DNA of 64,000 nucleotides from Deltaproteobacteria bacterium (GTDB lineage Bacteria; Myxococcota; Kuafuiibacteriia; Kuafuiibacteriales; Kuafuiibacteriaceae): NCBI GenBank assembly GCA_040218735.1, contig JAVJQW010000012.1, positions 1 to 64,000 of the forward strand, read 5' to 3'. Shown piece by piece: positions 51,249 to 60,202 of this stretch (position 1 is its first letter; each line of letters starts with the position of its first letter). The notes under the pieces were generated by a model. It saw only the letters and a program-made list of their open reading frames with translations, ran no database searches and was not told where the DNA came from. The position numbers and the translations under genes were made by a program.

Positions 51249-52372
51249 CAGTCGAGCCCCGACACCTCGAGGCTGTACGGCTCGGTGCAGCTATAGCCGC
51301 TGAACCGGCGCACCTCGATGAAGTACGTGCCGCTGTCGTCGCCGCCGAACCCTTCGCCCCACTCGATGTACTCGTCGTCGTTGTCGGCGTTGTCACTCGC
51401 GCCGATCGGGTCGAGCGCCTCACAGCGGCTCTGCGACGGGTACAGGTAGATGTCGTAGTCGGCGCCCGCGGGGACGTTCGTCAGCGTCACGTAGATCCAC
51501 TCGCGGTAGCTGTTCGAGTCGTCGGCGAGGAACTTGTAGCAGTCGACGTCGTCGTCGACGCTGTCGAAGCTCCCCGTCAACACGAGGTCCGGATCGGGCG
51601 TCGCCTGGATGAGCTTGCAGTCGGCGCAGGTGTCGTTCGGCTCGAAGGCGTCGGGCATCCGAAGGTCCGAGCCGTCGCAGTCCTGGTCGATCCCGTCGCC
51701 GCAGATCTCCGCGGAGCCGTCGCCGCCGACACACATCGCCCACGTGCCGCCCGCCTGACAGGTCTCAGTGCCCGCGCCGCACATGCCCATGCAAGCGCGC
51801 GTCGCGCCGACGCAGTCCGGGTCCATGCAGTCGACGAGCGCGTCGCAGTCGTCGTCGACGCCGTTGTCACACGACGCTTCGCGGTTGCCGCTCATGCACT
51901 GACACGACCCCATGCTGCAGAACTGATCCGCGCCGCAGACCTCGCCGCACTTGCCGCAGTGGTTTCGATTCGACACGACGTCGACGCAACTTCCGTTGCA
52001 GTCGAGGAGGTCCGGCGGGCAGACACACGCGCCGCCGACGCAGTCGCGATCCTGGGGGCACGCACGATCACAGCGGCCGCAGTGCGTGCGATCCGTCTGA
52101 AGATCCGTGCACGCCGATCCGCACGCCGTGAGGCTCGGGTTGCAGATGGCGACGCACTGCCCGTCGTCGCAGAACGACGAAGCGGGGCACGGCAGATCAC
52201 ACCCGCCGCAGTGGCTCGGGTTGTTCGAGGTGAGGACACACGCCCCGCCGCACAGGACGAAGGGCGCCTCGCACGAGCTCGGCGGACCACCGTCGCGGCG
52301 CTCCCCTCCGCCGTCATCGCCGCCCGAACACGCGACGATCAGGCACAACCCGGCGAGCCATGCGGTCTTCAC
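51248..52372 (-). CDS. Cys-rich lipoprotein with MopE-like motifs and PPC domain
   Basis: Lipobox LIVAC; C.D...(D/N)..HCG.C...C repeats; CDNGVDDDCD and EICGDGIDQDCDG; DAFEPND...DVDCYKF...ADYDIYLY...GTYFIEV. Confidence 0.82.
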   Translation of the reverse strand: MKTAWLAGLCLIVACSGGDDGGGERRDGGPPSSCEAPFVLCGGACVLTSNNPSHCGGCDLPCPASSFCDDGQCVAICNPSLTACGSACTDLQTDRTHCGRCDRACPQDRDCVGGACVCPPDLLDCNGSCVDVVSNRNHCGKCGEVCGADQFCSMGSCQCMSGNREASCDNGVDDDCDALVDCMDPDCVGATRACMGMCGAGTETCQAGGTWAMCVGGDGSAEICGDGIDQDCDGSDLRMPDAFEPNDTCADCKLIQATPDPDLVLTGSFDSVDDDVDCYKFLADDSNSYREWIYVTLTNVPAGADYDIYLYPSQSRCEALDPIGASDNADNDDEYIEWGEGFGGDDSGTYFIEVRRFSGYSCTEPYSLEVSGLD

Positions 52373-52413
52373 CCCCTGAAAATACCCAAAATTCGGCCGC
52401 GGGGAGTCCACAT

Positions 52414-52427
52414 ACGACAGATGTCGG
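52414..52427. promoter_or_regulatory. ACGACAGATGTCGG, second copy of the CGACA-N2-TGTCG palindrome
   Basis: Lies in the roughly 110-bp divergent promoter region; 12/14 identical to 49342-49355. Confidence 0.5.
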
Positions 52428-52481
52428 ATTAGGGGGGATGTTTCCGCATATGTACAGTTCTCCGTGGAGGGACTCCGAACG

Positions 52482-54029
52482 ATGACCGCCGACCTGCGCC
52501 GCACCGCCATCCTACTCGCCACACTCCCCATCTTCGCTTGCGGAGAAGATCCCGTCGCCCCCATCGGCGATACACCGGACGTCGCGACCGCACCGCACGT
52601 GCTCGCACTTTCGACTTACGGCGCGAGCGTCGGCACCCTCGTCGAGGTGTACGGCGAGAACTTCGGCGCCATCGATGGTTCCGTCGCCAACCTCCTGTTC
52701 GAAGGCCACTTCCTCCACAACGACGGCACGGTCGAGACCGTCTCGTCGATCCAGGACGCCCGCATCGTCGACAAGTCCACGATGCGCTGGACGTCCTACG
52801 GCCCCTACGCCAACCCGTTCACCACGGACGGCTCCGGCATCGGGACGTTCGAAGGCACCGTCGCCGCGCTCATCACCGAGCCGGACGGCACCGCCCACGC
52901 CGACCCGCAGCCGATCGACGTGCGATTCGACGTCAAACCGTCGCTCCTCGTTCGCGGCTTCCAGCCCCTCACCGCGAGCTGCAATGGCAACGTCCTGCGC
53001 GGGATCGGCGGCGCGTCGTACCGCGTCGAGGTGGAGGCCATCGGCTTCGAGCCCGAGACCATCACCTACACCCTCGCGGCCCCCGGCATCCTCGAGTTCC
53101 CGACCTCCGTGCGGCACCTGACCTCGGACAAGATCGACAGCGTCGGTGACCGCGGCAACTTCCGGCTCCCGCAGGTCCCGGACGGCATCCCGTCCTACGG
53201 CGCCATCCTCACCGCGCAGGCGCGCGACGCCGAAGGCAACCTCTACAGCAACGCGTTCGGCTTCACGGTGCACCGTCCGATCGGCGTCTTCTACAACGGC
53301 AACATCGAGGTCGGCGAAGTCCTCGAGCCGACGCCCGTCTCGGGCTGCATCCCGGGCGGCGTGAACGGCCGACAGGTCCAGTACACCGAGTCGCAGGCGG
53401 AGACCCGCAGCCGCAGCTACGGCGTCAGCTGGAACCAGAGCTGGCTCGCCTCGCACACCGTCGCGAGCGGCAGCTCCGAGACGGTCGGCCTGTCGGAGCG
53501 CAACGGCGTCGGGTTCTCGACGACGGACGGCCAGTCCTTCAACTGGTCGCTCGGCGGCGAGGTCGGCGGCACGTTCGGCCTCGACAAACTCGTCTCGCTC
53601 GGCGTGAAGACGAGCGCCGAGGTCGGCGGCGAGCGTAGCCGGCAGACCTCGAACAGCGTCAACCGCGAGACCGGCGTGAACGCGTCCTCGACGACGACCG
53701 AGACCGAGTCCGTGTCGCAGTCGGCCGGCGGCGGCGTCGGTGAGCAGTTCGCATGGAACGTGAGCTCCTCGCAGGTCATCAGCCAGGGCTTCGGCGGGCA
53801 GGTCATCGCCGGCACCTTCGGCGTCTTCTACCGTCAGACGCTGCGCCTCACGCGGCGCGCGGCGCTCGTCGCCTACAACCAGTGCGGCTACGCGACGGTC
53901 GTCGGCGAGGTCGACTTCACCGACTGGACGTGGTCGCCGGACCTCGCCATCGGCAACAGCTGCCCGCCCCTCCCCGCGAGCAACCTCCCCACCGCGCAGT
54001 GCTACACGCCGCCGTGTGCCGGCCAATGA
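52482..54029 (+). CDS. Lipoprotein with Ig-like N-terminus and aerolysin/ETX-MTX2-like beta-pore-forming C-terminal domain (putative)
   Basis: Lipobox IFAC; long Ser/Thr-rich strands flanking the amphipathic FNWSLGGEVGGTFGLDKLVSLGVKTSAEVGGE; Cys-rich C-terminus. Confidence 0.6.
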   Translation: MTADLRRTAILLATLPIFACGEDPVAPIGDTPDVATAPHVLALSTYGASVGTLVEVYGENFGAIDGSVANLLFEGHFLHNDGTVETVSSIQDARIVDKSTMRWTSYGPYANPFTTDGSGIGTFEGTVAALITEPDGTAHADPQPIDVRFDVKPSLLVRGFQPLTASCNGNVLRGIGGASYRVEVEAIGFEPETITYTLAAPGILEFPTSVRHLTSDKIDSVGDRGNFRLPQVPDGIPSYGAILTAQARDAEGNLYSNAFGFTVHRPIGVFYNGNIEVGEVLEPTPVSGCIPGGVNGRQVQYTESQAETRSRSYGVSWNQSWLASHTVASGSSETVGLSERNGVGFSTTDGQSFNWSLGGEVGGTFGLDKLVSLGVKTSAEVGGERSRQTSNSVNRETGVNASSTTTETESVSQSAGGGVGEQFAWNVSSSQVISQGFGGQVIAGTFGVFYRQTLRLTRRAALVAYNQCGYATVVGEVDFTDWTWSPDLAIGNSCPPLPASNLPTAQCYTPPCAGQ

Positions 54030-54889
54030 ACCGCTACGCCGCGTCGACGATCGCGGCGTTGGCGTTCGCCGCGTGTGGAGGGCCGACGATCGATCGTCCG
54101 GACGGCGGCCCGCTGTTCGAGATCGACGCCGGTGTCTTCGTGCCCGACCCGCCGCGGTGGGACGTGCGCGACATCGACACCCGCACGCCCTACGGCATCG
54201 CGACGCTCCGCGGACGCAGCGACGCGCGGCACGTGATCATCGAAGGGCTCGACAACCCGGTCCACCGGCGTGTGCTGCCCGACGGCACGTTCTGCATCGA
54301 CCTCGATCTCGGCGGCCCGGGCAGCTACGTGTTCACGGCGATCGGCCTCGACGGCGGTGAGCGCTCCGGCGCGAGCGACCCGATCACCATCGAGTTCGAT
54401 CCGAACGCCCCGGACCTCCCGCAGGCGACGACCTGCAGCGGCGACCACCCCGCCGCGTGCCTCAACGCCGTGGAGATCTGCGGCAACATGCGCGACGACG
54501 ACTGCAACAGCCTCATCGACGAGGAAGATCCGACGTGCGCGATCTGCACGAACGACCCCTTCGAGCCGAACGACGATCCGAGCGCGCCACAGGTCGAGCC
54601 GGGCACGATCACCGACCTGCAGTTGTGCCCCGACGACGTGGACTACTACGGCGTGTTCGCGGACGAGAACCAGACCATCACCGCGCGCATTTTGTTCTTC
54701 CACTCCGAGGGCAACCTCGACCTGATCCTCTACGGACCGAACCGGACCAAGGTGATCGCGCAGAGCCTCTCGGACACGAACAACGAGACGATCACCCACA
54801 CGGCGACCCAGGCGGACGTCTACTCGATCGAGGTCTCCGCGGAGCGCAACGTCTCGAACAGCTACACCCTCGAGCTCGAAGTCAACTGA
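54026..54889 (+). CDS. Lipoprotein with Ig-like, MopE-like and PPC domains
   Basis: ATGA-coupled; lipobox FAAC; EICGNMRDDDCNSLIDE; DPFEPNDD..DVDYY..GNLDL.LY..S....NETI..Y.IEV. Confidence 0.8.
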   Translation: MNRYAASTIAALAFAACGGPTIDRPDGGPLFEIDAGVFVPDPPRWDVRDIDTRTPYGIATLRGRSDARHVIIEGLDNPVHRRVLPDGTFCIDLDLGGPGSYVFTAIGLDGGERSGASDPITIEFDPNAPDLPQATTCSGDHPAACLNAVEICGNMRDDDCNSLIDEEDPTCAICTNDPFEPNDDPSAPQVEPGTITDLQLCPDDVDYYGVFADENQTITARILFFHSEGNLDLILYGPNRTKVIAQSLSDTNNETITHTATQADVYSIEVSAERNVSNSYTLELEVN

Positions 54890-54899
54890 GTCGACCCTC

Positions 54900-56783
54900 A
54901 TGCGCGCGACCGCGATCCTGCTCGTGACGGTCGTCGCGACGGCCGCGCAGACGGCGTCGGCGGCGCCCACCGAGTGGAAGTGGCGGCAGATCCTCTCCGT
55001 CCCGCGCATCGGCGCGCGCCTCACCGCGATCGCCGTCGACGAGCAGGACCCGAATCGCATCTTCGTCGGCACGCAGGAGGGCACCGTCCTGCGCACGACC
55101 GACGGCGGCGTGACGTGGCGCGAGCTGGAGCTGCGGCCCTTCGTCGTCGCGGACCGCAGCCTCGGTCTGCGCGCGCCCGGCCTGCCCCGACTCGGCGCGA
55201 CCACGCCCGAGGACTTCAAGATGTTCGTCGACGCACCAGACCAGGAGGTCGGCGACCGCATCGGGATCTCCAGCGTCGCGAACCCGTTCGAGATCAAGCC
55301 GTCGTTCTTCTACGCGGGGTTCGTCGTCGAGGAGACGCCGCCGACCGTCGACGTCCTCAGCGCGGTCACCCGCTCCCGCTCGAGCGAGCTCAAGCCGGTG
55401 ATGCGCATCGCGATCTGCCCGGGCGCGCCCTTCCCGATCCTCGTCGCGACCAAACGCGACGTGTACGGCTCCTACGACGACGGCCTCACCTTCGTTCGGC
55501 TCTTCGCGAACCCGGGCCGCACCAACATCGACCATGTCCTCTGCGCACCGGGCCGCCCCAACGACGTCGCGGTGGCGACGCAGATCGGTTTGTTCCGCTC
55601 GCGCGACGGCGGCCTCACCTTCGACCAGGACCTCACCGCGTGGCCGGGGCAGCGCGCGACGGCGGTGGCGTACGGCCCGTCGAAGGATATCGGCGACGTC
55701 CGCCTCTACTCGGCCGCCGGCTCGGAGCTGTTCGCCGGTGACCTCGACGACCCGAACGGCCTGACGACCGTCTACCCGAACGACGCCTCCACCGCGCCCT
55801 GGCTCCCGATCTGGTGGATGGCCACCACGAAGGAGGGCGACGTCTGGCTCGCGACCGACGACGGCGTCCGCCGCTCGCGCGACAAGGGCGTCACCTGGGA
55901 GACCGTCGCGCGGACGTTGCTGTCGCGCCAGGCGGTCTGGCAGGTCGAGGTCGGCGAGAACGAAGACGGCGGCCGCCGCGTCGCGATCATCATCAACGTG
56001 CAACCGCGAAAGGCGCTGCAGAACTCCGTGATCTACGCGAGCGACGACGACGGCAAGACGTGGCACGGCTTCTTCACGGGCCTGTCGCGCCGCACGTTCC
56101 GGATGATGGCGACCGTGCCGAGCACGGCGGAGCGTCCCGCGGGCTGGTGGGTCGCGACGTCCGGCGGCATCTGGACCAACTGGCCCTCCCCGGCGCACCT
56201 CACGATCGACGGCGAAGCCGCCGCCTGGGCGGACGATCGCTTGAGTAGAACCGAGAGCCTCTACGACGTCCTGCAGGAGATGCTCGACAACCTCGACCTG
56301 TCCAACGAGGCGATCGTCGAGCTGATGCACAAACACCGCGTGTCCGCCTGGGTGCCGCGCGTCGACATGCGCTTCGAGTACACGGACCGCGGGTTCCTCG
56401 ACTTCGAGGGGCAATCGCCCAACGCGGGCATCAACCCGATCCGCATCCTCACGCAGCAGAACGATCTGCTGTGGAACCGCAACCTCGTGTACTTCCTCTT
56501 CCAGCTCTCGTGGCGCCTCGGGAGCCTGCTGTCGATCGACGAGCTCAACGCGTACACCCGCGGCCCGATGCACGAGCTCAGGCGCCAGATTCAGTTCGCC
56601 ACCGAGGACGCCTGGCACGAACGCCAGCAGCTCCTCCTCAATCTCAGCGAAGGCCTGAGCGATCCCGTTCAGGTCGAATCCACCAAGACCCGCATCGAAG
56701 CGTTGGAAGCGATGATGGCCGTCTGGCTCGGCCGGCCCTATCCTGCTTCCGCCGCCTTCGTGCGAGCGAGGTCCAAGCAATGA
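54900..56783 (+). CDS. BNR/Asp-box beta-propeller fused to a single TolC-like (OEP) repeat
   Basis: Asp-boxes TTDGGVTW, SYDDGLTF, SRDGGLTF, SRDKGVTW, SDDDGKTW; C-terminal WVPRVDMRFEY...FQLSWRL...RRQIQ..TEDAWHER...RIEALEA. Confidence 0.7.
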   Translation: MRATAILLVTVVATAAQTASAAPTEWKWRQILSVPRIGARLTAIAVDEQDPNRIFVGTQEGTVLRTTDGGVTWRELELRPFVVADRSLGLRAPGLPRLGATTPEDFKMFVDAPDQEVGDRIGISSVANPFEIKPSFFYAGFVVEETPPTVDVLSAVTRSRSSELKPVMRIAICPGAPFPILVATKRDVYGSYDDGLTFVRLFANPGRTNIDHVLCAPGRPNDVAVATQIGLFRSRDGGLTFDQDLTAWPGQRATAVAYGPSKDIGDVRLYSAAGSELFAGDLDDPNGLTTVYPNDASTAPWLPIWWMATTKEGDVWLATDDGVRRSRDKGVTWETVARTLLSRQAVWQVEVGENEDGGRRVAIIINVQPRKALQNSVIYASDDDGKTWHGFFTGLSRRTFRMMATVPSTAERPAGWWVATSGGIWTNWPSPAHLTIDGEAAAWADDRLSRTESLYDVLQEMLDNLDLSNEAIVELMHKHRVSAWVPRVDMRFEYTDRGFLDFEGQSPNAGINPIRILTQQNDLLWNRNLVYFLFQLSWRLGSLLSIDELNAYTRGPMHELRRQIQFATEDAWHERQQLLLNLSEGLSDPVQVESTKTRIEALEAMMAVWLGRPYPASAAFVRARSKQ

Positions 56784-57382
56784 AACAGCGAATCACCCTG
56801 CCCGTCCTGTTGGTCGGCCTCCTGTCCAGCGGCGTCGCCGCCGCGCAGGGGGGCGCCGAGGCGATCGAAAAAGCGAAGGCCCAGTTCGCCAAGGAGCCGG
56901 CCGTCGCCGAGGTCGTCGAGGTCGCCCTGCGTTACTTCCGCGTGCACCCCGACGTGCTCGACAGCCTGCGCACCAAGGCGAAGACCCGCGCGCTGCTCCC
57001 GCTCGTCGCGGCCGGCTACCGGTACGACGACGACCGCTTCATCCGGCGCGAGGAACAGTTCCCCGACCCGGTGCTGAACATCGACGAGAACCACAACATG
57101 CGCGCGAACTCGATGTCGGTCGGCGCGGTCTGGGACCTCCGCCAGCTGGTCTTCAACCCCGCCGAGGTGCAGGTGTTCGGCCTCATCGGCGTTCAGCGCG
57201 ACATCATGCTGGAGGCGACGCGGACGTACTACCTCAGGAAGCAGCTGGTGCTCCGCAAGCTGTACAGCCCGCCGACGGATCCGATGGCGGTCGCGGCGCT
57301 CGACATGCGCATCGACGAGTTCACCGCGCTGCTCGACGTGCTGACCGGCGGCTGGTTCTCGAAGCAGTCGAACGCGAGTTAG
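56780..57382 (+). CDS. Secreted single-repeat TolC-like (half-OEP) protein
   Basis: Signal peptide; EP.V.EV..VAL...LLP.V..GYRY...SVGAVWDL..LVF...RDIM.EATRTYY.R...IDE..ALLDVLTGGWF; only 200 aa. Confidence 0.65.
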   Translation: MKQRITLPVLLVGLLSSGVAAAQGGAEAIEKAKAQFAKEPAVAEVVEVALRYFRVHPDVLDSLRTKAKTRALLPLVAAGYRYDDDRFIRREEQFPDPVLNIDENHNMRANSMSVGAVWDLRQLVFNPAEVQVFGLIGVQRDIMLEATRTYYLRKQLVLRKLYSPPTDPMAVAALDMRIDEFTALLDVLTGGWFSKQSNAS

Positions 57383-57795
57383 TCCAAGACACGTCCGCCG
57401 AGGAGCTCGTAGGCGACGCGGAGGAAGTCGGTCTCCGTGATGATGCCGGTGAGTTTGCCGGAGTGGTCCACGACGGGCAGCGCGCCGATCTTGCGGTCGA
57501 GCATCAGCGCCGCCGCCTCGTAGGCGCGGGTCTCGGGGCGGACGATGACCACGTCCTCTCGCATGACGCTGCGAATCGAGACGGCGTTGCCGAGCGACTC
57601 CCCCAACGCCACGAGCAGATCGCGGTGGCTGACGATACCCACGACCTGCTCCTCGTCGTCGACGACCGGGAGGTGCCGGATGTCGGCCAGCCGCATCTTG
57701 GCGTCGGCGAGCCCGACCTTCGCGTTGGCGTGAACGGTGACCACGGCCTGCGTGGCGAGGTCGGCGACGGTGGTGTTCGAGATCTGAGTGCTCAC
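57379..57795 (-). CDS. CBS-domain protein
   Basis: IRHLPVVD...VVGIVSHRDL; IGALPVVD..G.L.GIITETDFL. Confidence 0.93.
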   Translation of the reverse strand: MSTQISNTTVADLATQAVVTVHANAKVGLADAKMRLADIRHLPVVDDEEQVVGIVSHRDLLVALGESLGNAVSIRSVMREDVVIVRPETRAYEAAALMLDRKIGALPVVDHSGKLTGIITETDFLRVAYELLGGRVLD

Positions 57796-57875
57796 ACCCC
57801 TCGCCCCTGGAAGAAACGTTCCAGCCCGAAGTCGCGACGCCGCCGGCGGGTCACGTCACGGTTCGGTAGCGTTCG

Positions 57876-58883
57876 TCAGAGCCGCAGGACGAGCTTGCCG
57901 AAGTTTCCGCCCGAGAAGAGCTCGTTGAGGACGGCCGGGTAGGCGTCGATGCCGTCGTCGCGCACGTCCTCGCGCATCTTCAGCTGGCCATCGCGGTGCC
58001 AGGCGCCAAGCTGGGCGGTGGCCTCGTCGCCGCGCGCCGCGAAGTCGAAGACGATGAAGCCGCGGACCTCGAGGCGGTTCACGAGGATGCTCCGCAGCGC
58101 GGGGACGGAGAGCCCGCCGAGGTCCTCGGTCGCGTTGTAGTGGTGGATGAGGCCGCACACCGGGACACGCCCGAAGCGATTCATCCGCCGGAAACAGGCG
58201 TCGCCCACCGGGCCGCCGACGTTCTCGAAGTACACGTCGATGCGGTTCGGCGTGGCGGCCTTCAACTGGTCCACGAAGTCTTCGCGTTTGTAGTCGACGG
58301 CGGCGTCGAAACCGAGCTCCTCCGTGAGGAAGCTGCACTTGTCCGGCCCGCCCGCGATGCCGACCGCGCGCGCCCCCTGGAGCTTGGCGATCTGCCCGAC
58401 GATCTGCCCGACCGCGCCGGACGCCGCGGACACCACGACCGTCTCCCCCGCCTTCGGGCGCCCGAGATCGAGAAGGCCGAAGTAAGCGGTGCGGCCCGGC
58501 ATCCCGAGGCCGCCGACCCAACGCTCGACGGGCGCGGCGTCGAGATCGATCTTCGCGACGCCCTTGCCATCCGACACCGCGTAACGCTGCACGCCGAACA
58601 AACCGGCGACCGCGGTGCCCACCGGGAAATCCGGGTGGTTCGACGCGTCGACTCGGCCCGCCCCGTACGCGCGCATCACCGCGCCGAGATCGACGGGCGG
58701 GACGTAGGAGTGACCTTCGTTCATCCAGCCGCGCATCGCGGGGTCGAGCGAGATGACCTCGACGTGTACGCGAAACTCACCGGCGTTCGGCTCCGGGGCC
58801 GGCGCGTCGACGAAGTCGAAGTTGCTCGGGTCGACGAGGCCGACGGGTCGGCTCGCCAGGCGCACCATGCGGTTCGTGGTCAT
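57876..58883 (-). CDS. NADP-dependent alkenal/one oxidoreductase (PTGR/CurA family)
   Basis: LASRP.G, ISLDPAMRGWM, LGMPG.TAYFGL, VVSAASGAVG, YFENVGG, G.NFGKLV. Confidence 0.93.
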   Translation of the reverse strand: MTTNRMVRLASRPVGLVDPSNFDFVDAPAPEPNAGEFRVHVEVISLDPAMRGWMNEGHSYVPPVDLGAVMRAYGAGRVDASNHPDFPVGTAVAGLFGVQRYAVSDGKGVAKIDLDAAPVERWVGGLGMPGRTAYFGLLDLGRPKAGETVVVSAASGAVGQIVGQIAKLQGARAVGIAGGPDKCSFLTEELGFDAAVDYKREDFVDQLKAATPNRIDVYFENVGGPVGDACFRRMNRFGRVPVCGLIHHYNATEDLGGLSVPALRSILVNRLEVRGFIVFDFAARGDEATAQLGAWHRDGQLKMREDVRDDGIDAYPAVLNELFSGGNFGKLVLRL

Positions 58884-58915
58884 GCCGTCGGCGTACCGCG
58901 CGGACACATCGCCGT

Positions 58916-60147
58916 CTACCGGCACTGCGTATCGAGGCGCACGACCTCCACCGTGTGTTCGACCGCCGGGGACCCCGCGTAGTTGAACGCGACGTACTCC
59001 CCGTCGAAGCCGAGCTCCACGGGCGCCCACAGGCGGCCGCAGCACAGGCATGGCGCGCCGGTCCTCCCCACGACGTTCGGAGCCTCGGGCCGCGACAGGT
59101 CCGTGACGCGCACCTCGGTCGTCGGATCGGGGCTCCCGGTGCACGGCAAGTCGGGTGTCGCGTAGTGCACCCAGGCCAGACGCGTGCCGACGAGGCGCGG
59201 CGCGAAGTAGAAGCCTTCGTCGTCGATGCGTCGATGGGTGCGTTCACCGTCGAAGTAGGTGAGGTGTGTACCGAGCGCCGGGTAGATCTCGCCACGGTCG
59301 CTGCACGCGGCGACGGCGCGCCCGCCCGAGGACGACGGCGGACCGCACGGCCCCGCGTCGAGCGTCACGACCCTGCGCGTCGCGAGGTCGAGGTGCATGA
59401 AGCTGGACCCCGCGAGGTAGAAGACCTGGTCGCCCGTCGACACCACGTTTGTGATGATCTCCGCGCTGCTCACGAGGGTCTCCATCGGGTCGTTCGGATC
59501 CGTCACCATCACCAACGAGGACCCCGCGCGACCGCGCAACGCGTAGAACAACCGGTCGTCGGTCACCGCGACCGAACCGACCTGCCCGAACGGGAGGACC
59601 GCGAGGTTCCCGTCGCGCCACCACCTCAGATCACCGCCGATGTGATACGCGACGCCGTTGGCGCTCACGCGCTGCGGGACACCGCCCTCGAAGGACACCG
59701 TCAGGTTCGGACGCTCGTCGTCGTCTCCCAGCGCCTCGACGAGCGTCTGCGTAGCGTTGACGTGTCGCCCCTGCCAGATCTCGTAGCGATCCGAGCCCCC
59801 GCCAACACAAAGGTCCCTTCGCGACCGCCCAAGACGAACGCGTCGACGCCCTCGGCCTCGATCCGCTCGCTGGACGTCGCGAGGTCCCGGTAGATCACCC
59901 GGGGCTCGCGCGGTCCGGACGCGACACGCATGAGCAGCTTGCCCGCGTCCACGACCAGCCCGTTCCACCCCGGCCACCCCGTGTCTTCGACGGACAAGGT
60001 GCGCGGCTCCAACCCCGGGATGCACGCGCCCGCGTCGAGCGCGACCGAGGCGTCGCGCGTTCCGTCGAGGCCGTCGAGTGCATCGGCGACGCACGCCCCG
60101 CACGTCAGGGCGGTCGCGAGCGACAGCAGGACACGGGACTTCGACAT
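58916..60147 (-). pseudogene. Frameshifted beta-propeller-like lipoprotein gene
   Basis: The N-part MSKSRVLLSLATALTCGAC...GTFVLAG (frame of ORF 59701..60468) continues as GSDRYEIWQG... (frame of ORF 58916..62398) if one base is added to the C5 run at 59796-59800. Confidence 0.7.
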
Positions 60148-60202
60148 GACGACGACCGGGGGATATTGACGGCAGCCCTCGTTTCGAAGCAATCGGACGA
60201 CG

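Noticed and set aside
54900-57382. Ordinary type I secretion or efflux TolC locus
   Set aside because: Each protein has only one short OEP-like repeat, and no ABC/RND or membrane-fusion gene is present.
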